This document shows, one piece after another, positions 26,113 to 38,849 of a stretch of 64,000 nucleotides of DNA. A program made the position numbers and the translations under genes. The DNA comes from Vitrella brassicaformis CCMP3155. Lineage: Eukaryota; Protista; Chromerida. Under the pieces are notes generated by a model. That model had not been told where the DNA came from, searched no databases, and saw only the letters and a program-made list of their open reading frames with translations. The stretch spans positions 5,680 to 69,679 of the forward strand of contig CDMY01000473.1 in NCBI GenBank assembly GCA_001179505.1, in the 5' to 3' direction. How positions within the stretch are numbered: position 1 is the stretch's first letter; each line of letters starts with the position of its first letter.

Positions 26113-29100
26113 ATGGTGTGCGGCGCGGCGCCCGGCCGCTCTCCGGCACCAGCAGAGAGGAGCCGGCATTGCGGCAAGGAGCGGCCCTCTCAGCCCGCCC
26201 ACCCTGTGTGTGCTGGTGGTGGTGGTGGTGGCTGTGCGGCGGCGCCATTTAGTGCGAGCAGCAACTTGAAGAAGCGGCGGCTTCTGCAGACGGCTGGTGA
26301 GAGGCCTGCCGCCTCGCCGCCTGACCGACATGGCCGACAGACAGCCCGGAGAGGCGCGGCGGTCAGCTGTGGGGATGGGGGTGGCGGTTTGGGTGAGACG
26401 GGGGAGTCCGAGTGTCTTTCTCCAGACTATGACGACGACCGGCCGGCGAGAGCAAAAACGCGGCCTCGGCCTCGCCCGCAGAGAGGAAGAATGTGCTGCT
26501 CACCCTCGCGCCAATCCGACCCTCCCTTCCCCGTGAGATCCTACGATGACGACCAGAACGGCCTCTCTCACCGGCCATCATCCCGTGTGTGTGCTGATCA
26601 TCTGCTGACGGGATCCCCCCACCGCTCCCCTGTTGCCTCCCGCCGACACACACACTCTCGGCAGCTGAAGCGACGGAGGCTGTTGTGGGTGGTGACATGT
26701 CTGCTTGGCTTGCTGCTCTGCTGGTGGCCGCCCTTCTTGGCGGCAGTGGGGGGCCAGCATAATCCAGGGCCGCCCGACGATGGCTCTGAATGGTGGGAGG
26801 GAGAGGATGGCGGAGAGGGAGAGGGCGAGGTGACGACGCCGCCCCCGATCGACTCGCAGATGTGCGTGTCGCCCCCTGCGACGAACTGCAACGCTCTCGA
26901 CGGCATCGACAAGTCGCGCAATCCCTCGTACGACCTCACCTGCCCCGGCCGGGACTGCTTCAAGTCATTCTGCTGCCGATACGAGATCGACAAGGACATC
27001 CTCACCCTGCTGGAGGACGACAGTGGCGAGCAGCACGATGATGAACACGAGCACCAGCGTCAGTTCCAGCACCACCAGAGGAGGTGTCAGGAGGTGGAGG
27101 ACTGCTTTGCGGTGGAGGGCGTGGCTGTGGAGCGGAACCCCAGAAGGGACGTCGAGTGCCGCGAGGGCAGCGACGGCTGTGTCGGCAGCTTCTGCTGCAG
27201 GTACGAGCTGCTAGGGAGCAATGGCGCTGCCACGGAGGCCGCAACGCCCAAGACCATCGACGGTGAGGCGAGCCAACCGAGCGAGCACCGAATCAAATCG
27301 TGTGTACATCGACCCTCCCTCCCTGTGTGTGGGGTGTGTTGTGGTGTGTGGTGTGGTGTGCAGAGGGGTTACATTTGGATGGGTCTCTCGGGTGTGACGC
27401 CAAGGCAGACACAGACCAAGACGGCACACCCGACTGCCAGGGTCAGATAACACAACACAACACAACACAACACATCACGACACAGCCACTTGAACACGGG
27501 CATGGCATCCATGTCCTCTACACATGTGCCTGCCTGCCTGCCTGTGTGACGCCAGACGGCTGTCCGCTGGACCCTGTCAAAGTGGAGGGCGGCAGGTGCG
27601 GCTGCGGACACGACGACTTCGACCCCAAATGCGGATGGCAACGTACGCAACACCCACACACACCCTCCCTCCCAAGACACCCCTTCCAACGCCCTTGCTC
27701 CTCTCCTCTGCTCTCGTGTGTGTGCCCACAGCTGCCCTCGGCGCCTGTTTTGACGGAGGTCGTGACTACGGAGGCGACTACGTCCCGCAGTACCACCCCG
27801 TGGGCGCGTGGAGCCCCCCCCTGTCCGGCAGGGTCCCCTCCTCGCCAGAGGAGTGCCAGGAGGAGTGCCGGCAGCACCCATCCTGCCTCTCCTTCTCCTT
27901 CTCCTTCACCACCACCCACGGGTGCTTCCTCAAAGCCGACCCCGCCAGCAACGCCACCGAGAATGCCGCTGTGGTGTCCGGCCCCAAGAAGTGCACCGGG
28001 GCGGGCCACGCCTTCCAGTGCCCCTCGTCCATCCCCAATGGCTGGTGCCAGCAGCTCTGCGAGAAGACCCCGGGGGGCGTGCGGTGCAAGTGTGTGTGCA
28101 TCTGCGAGAAGGGCTACCAGCTGTCGCTGTCGTCGGTGTCGTCGGTGGAGGGCGGGGACACACAGGATCCTGACCATGACTCTTCCTCCACTGTGTCGGC
28201 TCTGGGACGCCTGGACGGCTTGGAGTGGCCGTCATACCGCCGTCGAGGGCTCGGCGAGGCGGCTGGGGGCGGGGGCGGTGTTGCCGTGTCGCGTGCCTGC
28301 GTCGGTAAGTCGGGGAAGGTGGGCGTGATTGGTTTACTTAGTGTGCTGTGCTGTGCTGTGTTGCCTTGTGGTGTTTTGCCTTGGCTTACTTCCTGGGTGA
28401 CATGCCATGCCCCACAGATGTGGACGAGTGCGCGTTGGGGTCGTCTTGGTGCAGCGGTGGCTGCAACAATACCAAGGGAGGCTACGACTGCTACTGCGAC
28501 CCGCCACTGCTCCTCGACAGCGACGGCAAGACCTGCAAAGGTCGGTCACACAACACAACACGAACCACACACTGACTGACTGACTGACACATACGCAACA
28601 CAACACAACACCCACAATGGCAGCCATCCGTCCTCTGCCTGCCGTCTTGATGCTCGTGTGTGTGTGGTTTGCAGATCCAGAGGGCTCACAGGAAAGGGAC
28701 CCCCCCACCACCCATCAAGACAGCAACGACACAGGGAGGAGCGGTGCAGCCGAGCTGGAGTCAGAGGACCCACCCCCCCAGCTGTCCTCCCCCGACCCCC
28801 CCTCGCCCCCCGCTCCCGCCTCACCCCATGTGTCAAGCGTCCANNNNNNNNNNNNNNNNNNNNNNNNNNNNNNNNNNNNNNNNNNNNNNNNNNNNNNNNN
28901 NNNNNNNNNNNNNNNNNNNNNNNNNNNNNNNNNNNNNNNNNNNNNNNNNNNNNNNNNNNNNNNNNNNNNNNNNNNNNNNNNNNNNNNNNNNNNNNNNNNN
29001 NNNNNNNNNNNNNNNNNNNNNNNNNNNNNNNNNNNNNNNNNNNNNNNNNNNNNNNNNNNNNNNNNNNNNNNNNNNNNNNNNNNNNNNNNNNNNNNNNNNN

Positions 29101-31789
29101 NNNNNNNNNNNNNNNNNNNNNNNNNNNNNNNNNNNNNNNNNNNCCCCTCGCCCCCCGCTCCCGCCTCACCCCATGTGTCAAGCGTCCACACGTCCACCTG
29201 CATCGCCTGCTGCTGCCAGTGGATGCAGGCCGACGTCCACTGGGGCTCGCAACTGCCGCCCAAACCCTCCCCAGAGATCAGATTCTTCCGTCTGGTGCCG
29301 GAGTTCTACCCCTCCATCGCTCACCTCAGCTACTTCGGCTTCCCGGAGGTCTATGACGTCTCGGCATCGGCCAGCAGCGGGCACATGGAGGTCTGTGAGC
29401 TGCAGTTGCTCGCGGCGCAGTCGGCGCCCAACAGCACGGCCACAGCGGACCTCTGCAGCCTCACCACCCACTTGCCCCCAAACACAACAACGCGGTTCTC
29501 AATCTCTGCCTACTCAGAGGGCGGGCCCGGCCCACCGGCCTACACCGAGTGGATCTTCACCCAGGCCCTCAGGAAGCCTGCCGTCAACGTGACGGTCGCG
29601 GCACAGCCGGGCCGCATTGAGACGGGGCAGACGGTGTCCGTGACGGTGTCCTTTGCGAAGCTGGGAAGCGAGCAGCTTTATGTGAGCGAGCTGGCGGCCA
29701 TGGGGCTGACGTCGCTGCATCTCGTGGCCCTCGCTGAGCCGGAGAGTGGGTGGTACCTGGCGCGCCACCACGACCTCATTGCGCACTGGTGGGGCGGCGC
29801 GTCTTCGTGGCACCAGCTGCCGCAATCCGCCATCCGCCACCTGATCGACCAGAACCCACACACGGTGTGGAAGGCGCACGACCCCTGCGACCCCTCCCTG
29901 CCGCCCTCCTCCTCCCTCCGTCCAGTGCCGCCCCTGCCAGCCAAAGCCAAAGAGGTCTCGGCCAACAGGCAGGCACCTGCCGGGCTGCGGCTGGTGTTCG
30001 GGCGGCCTCTGTGTCTCCGGGGTGTGGTGCTCGAGTGGTATGCGCACGCACAGCCGCAGCTGGTGCGGCTGGAGGTCAAGGCGGCCATCAGCCCGTCGTG
30101 GTTTCCGGTGTCGGCGCAGAGCGGAGCGCGGCGGTGCGATGGCGACAGGAAGGATGAGCTGCTGTTGCCGGAATACCTGATGGGCCGGGTGAGTGGAGTG
30201 GGGAAGCACACGGAGAGAGACAGACAGACAGACAGACACATATAGGGAGACACACACACATCTTCCCTCTCTCTCTCTCTCTCTATGGTTTATTAGGTTG
30301 AGGCCATCCAGCTGTACTTCGCCCACACCTGTGCCTCATCCCACTCGTCGACCACCGGTGGGGGCCACTCCCGCTGCGCCGACGACTCCTCCAGCAGCCA
30401 CCAGCCCTTCTCATTCGCTCTTCGCAACATCAAACTGGAGGAGTGCGCAGCCGAGCTCGGCAGCTGGTCGCTCCCCCTCCCCACCACATACGCCGCCGCC
30501 AGCAGCAATGGCAACGGCAGCAGCGCCAATGCCACGGACGAGGAGGCGTTGGTGCCGATCGAGCGGCTGCAGGAGAACCCCGTGACGGTGAATGTGACGG
30601 TTGGGACCATCGACACGTGGCGAGTGCTGTTCCGCATCCGGCAGCCGCCTGCGCATCTGCTCTTGGCCAACATGGGGGCGGGGGAGGGCAATGTGGTGAC
30701 GGTGAAGCCTACAGAGGGGCGGGTCATACCAACCTACCCTCCTGTGGTCAGCAGGGAGGGAGAAGGAGAACAGACAGACAGACAGAGAATACCGCTCTCA
30801 TGACGTCGATGTGTGTGTGTGTGTGGTGTCGTGATATATATATATGTGCAGGATGATCTGCCGATGGAGGATGAGCTGGAGATCACCGAGGGGTATGAGA
30901 GCGTCGAGCATCCGCGGCTGGAGGTGTCTCGGGACAGCCAGCCGCTCAAGGGCTCCCTCGTGACAAAGGTAGCGTAGCGACAATCACCACCTCAATGCAT
31001 TGAAATGAGGGAGTGCGCGTGTACTTATTGCCTTGGATTGCCGTGGTGGGGTGGTGCGGTGTTGTTCAGGAGCGTGACTCGTCGGCGCTCGACGCCTCCT
31101 CGCAGCACATCGGTGTGGTGCTGGGCATCCTGATCCCGGTCACCCTCGTCACCATCGCCTTCATCCTCCTCTCCGCCTACAGACACCACCCCTGCGTCAC
31201 CAAGACTCGTTCCTCCATCACCTCACTCCTACGAGAGCGGGGCCTCCTCCCCGCCACCATGGCCGACTCACCAGTGCCGTCATCCCTCCCGTCGACCTGC
31301 CAGACCACCATTGTCGACACACACGGAGGCATGACTCACCACCACATGCCGCCGCCGGCGATCGTCGCGTTGCCAGAGGCCAGCAGCGACTCGGGCGGGG
31401 GCAAGAGCAGCAGAGGGTTCCAGAGGCTGGGGCTGGGGAGGGGCCGTGTGTCGATAGTGGAGATCCCCAGCTCTCGGGGCGGGGTGGACCACCCCGCCAA
31501 TACGCAGCAGCCGGTGACGGCCGTGCGTCTGCCACCGGTGCGGCACTTCACCCTTTCCCACGGGTGGTTCCCTCAGGTGGGGGGGCCGATCGGGGGGTAT
31601 GGGTTTATCGGCACGCAGCTGACGCCGATAGCCGAGGAGGAGATTGGCGAGGGTGGTCAAGGGTGTTGCGGGAAGAAAGATGGCAGCCACATGGACCTGC
31701 GGCAGCCCGACGGTGACCGTGCGAGCGAAGAGACTGGGGAGGGGGATGGCGATTGCGACGAGGGCGAGAAATCCCCTTTGACCATCTGA
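26113..31789 (+). CDS. Multi-domain type I membrane adhesin-like protein (Cys modules, TSP3-like, PAN/apple, EGF, cbEGF, FN3, discoidin/F5-8-like, TM, cytoplasmic tail)
   Basis: Hydrophobic segment RRLLWVVTCLLGLLLCWW. DTDQDGTPDCQ/DGCPLDP.K...CGCG. PAN: EECQEECRQHPSCLSFSF...GCFLK...VVSGPKKC. cbEGF: DVDECALGSSWCSGGCNNTKGGYDCYC. FN3: LPPNTTTRFSISAYSEGGPGP. LIDQNPHTVWKA...LRLVFGRPLCLRGVVL. TM: IGVVLGILIPVTLVTIAFILLSAY. The start codon is uncertain and there is one N gap. Confidence 0.8.
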
Positions 31790-33253
31790 TGCGACGCTTA
31801 ACGCTTGACGCTTGACTGACGCCTTGATGCTTGATGGCTTGATGCGCTGCATGGTGTGGTGGATGGGATGGACGAGGCGAGGGGAGTTTATGTGTATTAT
31901 ATATCTTGTGGTGATGCTGCTGCTGCTGCTGCCGTGTGTTGGTGTCTTGTGCCATTCATTGTGCCATTCGTGGTGTTGGCCTGCCTGCCTTGTTGAAGGA
32001 ATCTGTGTGCTGTGCGTGCTGTGCGTGTGTGGATTGGATGGGATTGGCTCGGATTGTGGACCATTGATTGATTCTTTTGTCACTGGATGTCTTTTTGGCG
32101 CTGCGTTTGCGACCCTTTGTGAGCGGACGGATGGATGGACGAATGGATGGCATGAGCGTGGTCCTTTTATGAGTCGGTACCTGTAGGTAGGCAGGCAGGC
32201 CAGCAGCAAAGACGAGGGCGGTTTTTTCTTTGTGACGGCTGGCCGGCTGCTGGGAGGGGTGGGGGAGGGGCTGCTGCTCAGGTAGTAGTATTTTTCCATG
32301 CGTGTGTGGCTGTGGTGTGTGGGTGTGTGTGGGTGAATTGCATTGCGTGATGAATGCGACAGATGACAGGTGCGACGGTACGGTCGGTGCGCTTCGTGGG
32401 GATTTTCTCTCTGCCTCGGTTGGGACCCTCCCCCCTGTCTGTCTGTTGGTTGGTTGGTTGGCTGGCGTCTTGTGACAATACACACACACGCATTGCATTG
32501 CATTCGCTCACTCACTAACTCTTGCCCTTATTGGATTCGTACGACCGACGCCTGGCGCCTGACTTTTGCCCTGTGTGATGTGTGTGGTGTGTTTTGTGTG
32601 GTGTGTGTGTGAGGGTACAGTCGCTAGCCATAAAGTAGGTAGCCTGTCATATGTGCCTCTCTCTGTCTCTCTGTCTGTGTCTCTGCCTGCCTGAATGAAG
32701 TCCTTTGCCTGCCGGTGATGCGTTGGGTTGGGTTGGGTTGTGTGTGGAGCGAGGGGGAGACGTACGTTGTGGAGGTTGGTTGGGCTGTGTTGGCTGCTGC
32801 GAAGGGCGGGCGGGCGACTGGGGCGGCGCGGCGAGGGGGCATACATACATACGTTTTGATCAACCAGCCAGCCAACCAAGTAACTAAGTAAGTAATAGTC
32901 CCGGCAGGGCAGGGCGGTGGGTGTGTATGGTCCGTCGGGTCGGTAGGGGTACCGAAGTGAGGATGGATGTGTTGTAGCTAGCGTAGCCTCTGTCTCCTTA
33001 TCTTATCGTGTGTGTGTGCGTGTGTGTGTACTCTACGTGCGTCCTGAGTCTTTTCCGTGATTGCCTGGCTGCCTACATGACGGATGGAGTGAGTGAGTGC
33101 ATGGAGGCACAAAACGGATGGCCCCCCGCCCCTCTCCTTATGTGTATGTGTATGTGTGTCTGTATCTGTGTGTGTGTGTGTACCTTACCTTCTGTGTGTA
33201 ATAGCTAACACGTACCATCACGACCATTCAGTGTACTGTGCAGCCCTCTCTCT

Positions 33254-33284
<31 letters not shown>

Positions 33285-33459
33285 CATTGTGCATATCAGT
33301 CCATATCTGCGTGCCTCCCTCCCTCGCTCCCGTATCCATTTAGCTGTGCCCCCCTCTCCCCGTGTGTGTGTGTCTGTGTGTGCGTGTGTGCGCATAACTA
33401 ACCAACACGCCCATACGCACACAAGACACACGGGAAGGGCTGATGGCAAAACGGCAACC

Positions 33460-33492
<33 letters not shown>

Positions 33493-34310
33493 CCGACGAA
33501 CGAACGAACACAGCAAGGAACTATTTGTCCAATCATTATCCTCAGCGTGAGGGATTCACTGAGTCCCCCCTCCCCCCCACTGTTTTCGGCAGACAGGCAG
33601 GCAGGCCACCCCCTCCCCTTGTTTGATCAACCAACTCACGCACGTCGGATCATTCTTTTGTTGGTTCGCTGGTGTCTCTACCCACCCACATACCTACCTA
33701 CCAGGGGCAACACACACGTACGCTAGAATGAGGCAGGGAGGGGAGGGAGGGAGGAGGGGGCGGGTGGGAGGGCTGATGGGGGGATGGTCCTCCCTCCTGA
33801 CTTGAGTGTGCGTGCATGTGCGTGTGAGTGACATGTGCAGCAGGTCCCTTCGACGATCTTCCTACCTAGCAACACTAGCACTAGCTGCCGGAGGCCAGCC
33901 AGTCGGTCAATTCGTGTGGGAGCTCGTGTGATGATGGTTGTGTGTGTGTGTGTTGTGCGTGTGTGTGGATATCATATCGTTAAGTGGCCTAAATGACGAC
34001 GACTGACTGACTGATTTGACTGACTGACTGACTCTTGCTGCGTGCTGCTGCCTGCTGCTGTGTGGTGCTGCTGCCTGACAGACAGACGGCCAGACGTGTG
34101 TGTATTCTTATCTATATAACTACTACCATTAACGCCTCAATTCATCCAGTCGCTCTTCGCTCATTGTCAGTCAGTCAGTGTCCCCACCCACAGCACAGGT
34201 CGTCACACCGAGAAACCGCACTCATATACACACACAGACGACACACAGGCGGCCACACACCGCCACGCCACGCTACAACAGCACCTCTGAAAAGAAGATC
34301 TCTCTTTATG

Positions 34311-35486
34311 TCAGCCTGGCTTTGCCGCACTCTGCTGCCCACCACTGGCACCAGCGCCAGCAGAGGCAGCAGCAGCGACAGGCAACCACGCCGACGTGAG
34401 CAGGCCCCACTGAGACGTCCACCCCTCGCCCCTCTGATGATACCGATGCCACACACACACACCCACGATGGTAGCAGCCCCGCCGCCCACCAGCAGCACC
34501 GTCCACCCCCCCATCCGCAGCAGCCATGCGGCCTTGCTCCTGTCCAGCCCCACCACACCCAACGCACGATCGAGAGCAAGCTCCTTGATGGCCTCCGACA
34601 GCTGCTGGTCGTCGATACCCAAAGTCAGCTTGTTGACCGGCCGCCTGTGACGGGGCTTAGACGGCACAAGGGCGAGAGAAGGCGGCGCTTGTTCGTCGTC
34701 TGTCGGTGGTGCTGTGTCCCATGGGAGGATGGTGTCGCGCCGAGAGGGGCCGGGGTCGCTCCGTTGAGAGGGGCTATCTGAGCCACTGTCATCATCTCGA
34801 TGACGATGCCTGCTCACCGGCAGACGGGCAGAGGAATGCGGCCGAGCCCTCGTTGTGTCAGCCAAGTCAGGCTGGGCAGCTGCAGACGAAGACGTTGATG
34901 TCGAAGGGCCGTTGAGCAGATGCATGGCAGCCGGTGGCTCCATCAACGTGTGTGCTCTCGTAGCGACGTGATGCCGATGGTGCTGGTGCTTGCTCTCAGC
35001 CGCCTCGATGCGGCTGGTGCCGTAGTAGAGCCGCGACGCATAAGGCGGCATCAGGCCGAGGACGCCCTTGTGGGTGAGCGTCTGGTAGAGCTCCGGCGCC
35101 CTCTCCTGAATGGCCCGCTTGAGCTCCTGTTCGTCATGCGCCATGTAGAGCAGCGCCACGACGGACGACAGGTGGTTGCTCTGGGCGAAGGACTGCTGGA
35201 TAATCTCATACAGCGTCTTCTCCTCCAGGATCTCATGCACGCTCTCAGGCAGGTAAGTCGCCATGCCCCTCCGCTTGACGGTCCTCCATGCGAGGTCTCC
35301 CAGACATCCCAGGCCGATGGTGAAGCAGCCGAGCATCACAAGCACGTCCCATCGGAAGAAGGACAGCACCAGTAATGACCCGTAGATGGCAGAGAGGACC
35401 AGAGCGGCCATCCCGACCTGGTATTGAAGCCGTTCGTTTGACGCTGTCGCATCTGGCGCTCTCCTAGCACCGTTGCGGCTTGTCAT
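34311..35486 (-). CDS. Intronless hypothetical multi-pass membrane protein (~391 aa)
   Basis: Long uninterrupted ORF with two N-terminal hydrophobic helices (MAALVLSAIYGSLLVLSFF; VLVMLGCFTIGLGCLG) and a C-terminal one (WTVLLVGGGAATIVGVCVW). First ATG is at 35486. Confidence 0.75.
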   Translation of the reverse strand: MTSRNGARRAPDATASNERLQYQVGMAALVLSAIYGSLLVLSFFRWDVLVMLGCFTIGLGCLGDLAWRTVKRRGMATYLPESVHEILEEKTLYEIIQQSFAQSNHLSSVVALLYMAHDEQELKRAIQERAPELYQTLTHKGVLGLMPPYASRLYYGTSRIEAAESKHQHHRHHVATRAHTLMEPPAAMHLLNGPSTSTSSSAAAQPDLADTTRARPHSSARLPVSRHRHRDDDSGSDSPSQRSDPGPSRRDTILPWDTAPPTDDEQAPPSLALVPSKPRHRRPVNKLTLGIDDQQLSEAIKELALDRALGVVGLDRSKAAWLLRMGGWTVLLVGGGAATIVGVCVWHRYHQRGEGWTSQWGLLTSAWLPVAAAASAGAGASGGQQSAAKPG

Positions 35487-35749
35487 GTCCGCTGACACAG
35501 GCTTGTGCGTCAATTCTCTCCAGCTAGTGTCGTGGGATGAAATCGAAAGAACCCAGCAAGATAACGAAGAGATTACACCCCTTCCGATTCCTTCTCCTCA
35601 CGTTTCTCCTCCCAAGCTGTCGGCTAGAGAGAGGTTTCACGGAAGCCCGAAAGACAGTGATTGGAGCATGGCGACGACAGAGGGGTGCACAGCCCGTTGA
35701 AGCCACAAAACAGCACTCCGATCCATAGCTTTCGCTGCTTGGTCGCACG

Positions 35750-36006
35750 ATGGCTGCCAGTGCCGCCGCCCAGGTGAGAGAAGAGGGAGCTGCAGGCCAG
35801 GCAAATCCCTACATCATGACGGGAATCACTTGTGCTGTCTGTGTGTGGCTTGTCATTCGGTTTGGTGCAGATGAGCGCATTGATACGGGAGCAGCTGCTT
35901 GCCCCGGGTAGAGGGCTATCGGATGAAGCAGGCTCAGGTATCAGCTGACCAACACACCAACCAACTCGTCCATTCCATGCGGTGCATCCAAAGCTCAACG
36001 GCTGCT

Positions 36007-36038
<32 letters not shown>

Positions 36039-37746
36039 CAGGTCAACAGCTGCATCGACCAACTTCTGCAGATGGACACCGCAGCGTCGATGGCACCACT
36101 GGTGCGGCAGGCTGCCAAACACACCACACACCACAAAGCCCTCTGTTTGTCTGTGGAGTCTACTTTGCTTGGCGTCGCTCTCGTCGTGTTGATTCATTCG
36201 TCAGATGGTGGCCAAGGTGAGTCGTCAATTTGCTGCTGTGTCCGACCTGCTGGCCGAGTTGGCAGAGACCATCAACTCGACCATCGCACTGACAAGACAT
36301 CGCCGCACACAGGTGAGTGGGGGAGTGACCACAGGCAGGCACAAACACAAGACCCACACTGATGTGGTGTGCACCTCTTATGTCCTGTGTGTGTATGTCC
36401 TTCTGTCTGTGTGTCATCAGGCGCGACGGTTGCACATGACTGACATCCCTGCCAACCCCATGAGCATCATCATCGCACTGTCTGACCTGACCGCCGTCGC
36501 CCACCTCAAGTCGACAGCCCGGCCCATCAGAAATGCCCTCCGGCCGATCGTCCGCCGCCTTCGGCTGCCGAAGGCCATCGAGCGGGCGGGGGTGGGCGGT
36601 GTGGTGCAGTTCGACGATCAGCTGAGCCACGGCGATGTGATGAAGGCCATGTGGGTGGTGGAGGAGGAAGGCGAGGGCGCCTGGCGGGAGGTGAGCGACA
36701 CACTCAGAGTCGCCGAGCACTGCGGCAATTGCCAGCTGCCGGTCACTGTGGGTGCTGCGGATCTGCAGACACACGCCACCAAGGCGGTAAACACGACACA
36801 CAGAAGAGGCAATCGGTGAGCTGCTGGATGTGTGTGTTGGCTGCAGGACTTCCTGGCGCTGCCCCGTTTCTGTGCGCAGTGGATGGTCGTCGGCCGCAAT
36901 GTGGCCTTCCGCCGCCCCACCGGCCAGCAAGACGGCACACTCGAGCTTTTCCGCCACAACAACAACGAGATTCGCGCCATCCGCAATCAGCCCAACTTCG
37001 CCATCACCATCAAACCGCCCCTCCCCCTCCCCAACCGCCCAGTCCATCCCTTCTCGCAGCACCCCTTCACCCACCACGCCAAGCCACACGACCCGCCCGC
37101 CAGCAACCGCATCGTGTGGCAAAGCGGTGTGGGCTGGGCGACGGTTGGCGTCAACAACGGGACTGTTGACGTATTGGCGAGTTCCATGCTGAAGCATCTG
37201 ATCCTGCATCACCGGGTGCGGGCTGTGGGCGGCTTCACCGACTCGCCAACGGTGGTGGTTGACCGGTGAGTGGACGAACGGCACGCAATGAGAGGGCGAA
37301 TGACTATGTGGTGCGCTATTGATGTGTGTGTCAGTCGTGTGCGGGGTGGCCACGTCGACCGCATCATGACTCGATCGCCACATACGCCCACCGACGGATG
37401 CTCAAGCGTGTTGACATGGGAGCGGGCCGATGGGGTCTGTGGGCAGGCGCATCTGCTGACGTCATCCAACGACCAGTTCATCGCATGGATTTCCTTCGAC
37501 ATCTCCCCAAACAACAACCAGAGCGGTACGCATACACATTCTCAGCACATCCTCATGCTGTCGTGTCGTTTGATCATCTGCTCTTGTCTGCGTGCAGTGG
37601 AGGTGACCATCTGTACCTTCGAGGCGCCGGCAACGGGTGTCCCCCATGACGCGCCCTTCGCACAGCGGTTCCCCCGGACGGCCGCCAAGGTGCGCCGCAT
37701 CCTTGGGCCGACCGCAGCCATCATCCTGGACGGCCAGGCGCCTTAG
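35750..37746 (+). CDS. Lineage-specific repeat-family gene, copy 1 (possible F-box-like motif); +1 frameshift in exon 2, possibly rescued by ATG at 35923
   Basis: Eight exons are homologous to copies at 58.8-60.8 kb and 61.3-63.3 kb (MAASAAAQ / MSALIREQ / VNSCIDQLLQMD / MVAKVSRQF / ARRLHMTDIPANPMS / DFLALPRFCAQW / ...LDGQAP*). Exon 2 is 67 nt versus 66 nt in copy 2. Confidence 0.7.
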
Positions 37747-38849
37747 ATCAGGAAGGTGAGAGGGTCACACACGCAATGGGATGATGATGCGCGTGTGTGT
37801 TTGTGTCTGTAGAGACTTGTCTCCTTCGTGTTGTGCAGTTGCTCTGACAAGCTGCATGTTGTGAGGAGAGGGCCGTTCAAGGTGACTGTCGCGTAGCGTA
37901 CATGAGGATGAATGAGGTGGACAAATCGTTGAGACTCTGACTCGTGTTAGTTGGCATCCAAGCTGTGTTTCTTGTGCCATCCACACACACACACACACAC
38001 ACATACACACACACACGCATGCACGGCGTGTACCGCTCCGCTCACTCCACTCGTCCACCTCTTCCATATCCCCCGTCCCCCAAAACCCACCCACCCTTTA
38101 GCTAGTGGGTATGCGCACACAGAAAGGGACACACACAAGGCAGTTGTGTGGTGCATTAATGTGCGGCGCCACGAGAGATTGCGATCCGTTGATTCGTCCG
38201 GTCACTTCGCACGTTTGTCCAGCCACGCCATCAGCTATGGATGCATTACACATTCGGTCCAGGCCTGTGAGGGGGGGGAAGGGGGGGAAGGGGATGTGTC
38301 AATTAAACTCTCACACACAACAAAACACAACACGCCGCACGGACACACAGACAGGGGCCGAAAGTGACAAAGAGAGAGAAAAGGAAGCCGATGAGCCCCA
38401 CCGTCACACACACACGCACATCCGATCTGCCCACTCGCCAAGTCACAGGAATGTACTTACATAGCTTCCCCAAGCCCCCTTTCTCCCTCAACTAATTGGA
38501 ACCGTCGGCTGGTACTCTACCGGGCGTGGCGACAGTCCCCGCCATATCCTTCCTTCCACTTCTTTGTGCAGGCGAGGCCCGTCCCGGACACTGATTTGCG
38601 GGCGCCGAGGCCGCCCGCCACCTGCAAAGGGGTGAATTGACGCAACAAACACTGTGGTGAGTCGTGCACGTGGGTTCCGTTTACGGGAGGGCGAGGCTGC
38701 GGCCAGGTTTCTGCGTTCCGTTATGTAACGCCGGCGTTGTCCGCGGCCGTTTCGAGCTCTGCCAAAGCACGGCCTTGCTCTCTTTCGTCGACTTCGTGCT
38801 TGTCCTTTGTTGCTTCTCTCGTCTTCTCTTCGCCGACATCACTTCCACG

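Noticed and set aside
28799-29188. Identical 45-bp sequence on both sides of the N gap in the adhesin gene, suggesting a tandem repeat
   Set aside because: More likely overlapping contig ends at a scaffold gap than a real repeat; cannot be resolved without reads.
31800-34300. Several 100-400 aa ORFs in SSR-rich DNA
   Set aside because: Translations are THTH/VCVC/DRQT microsatellite products or antisense shadows of real genes.
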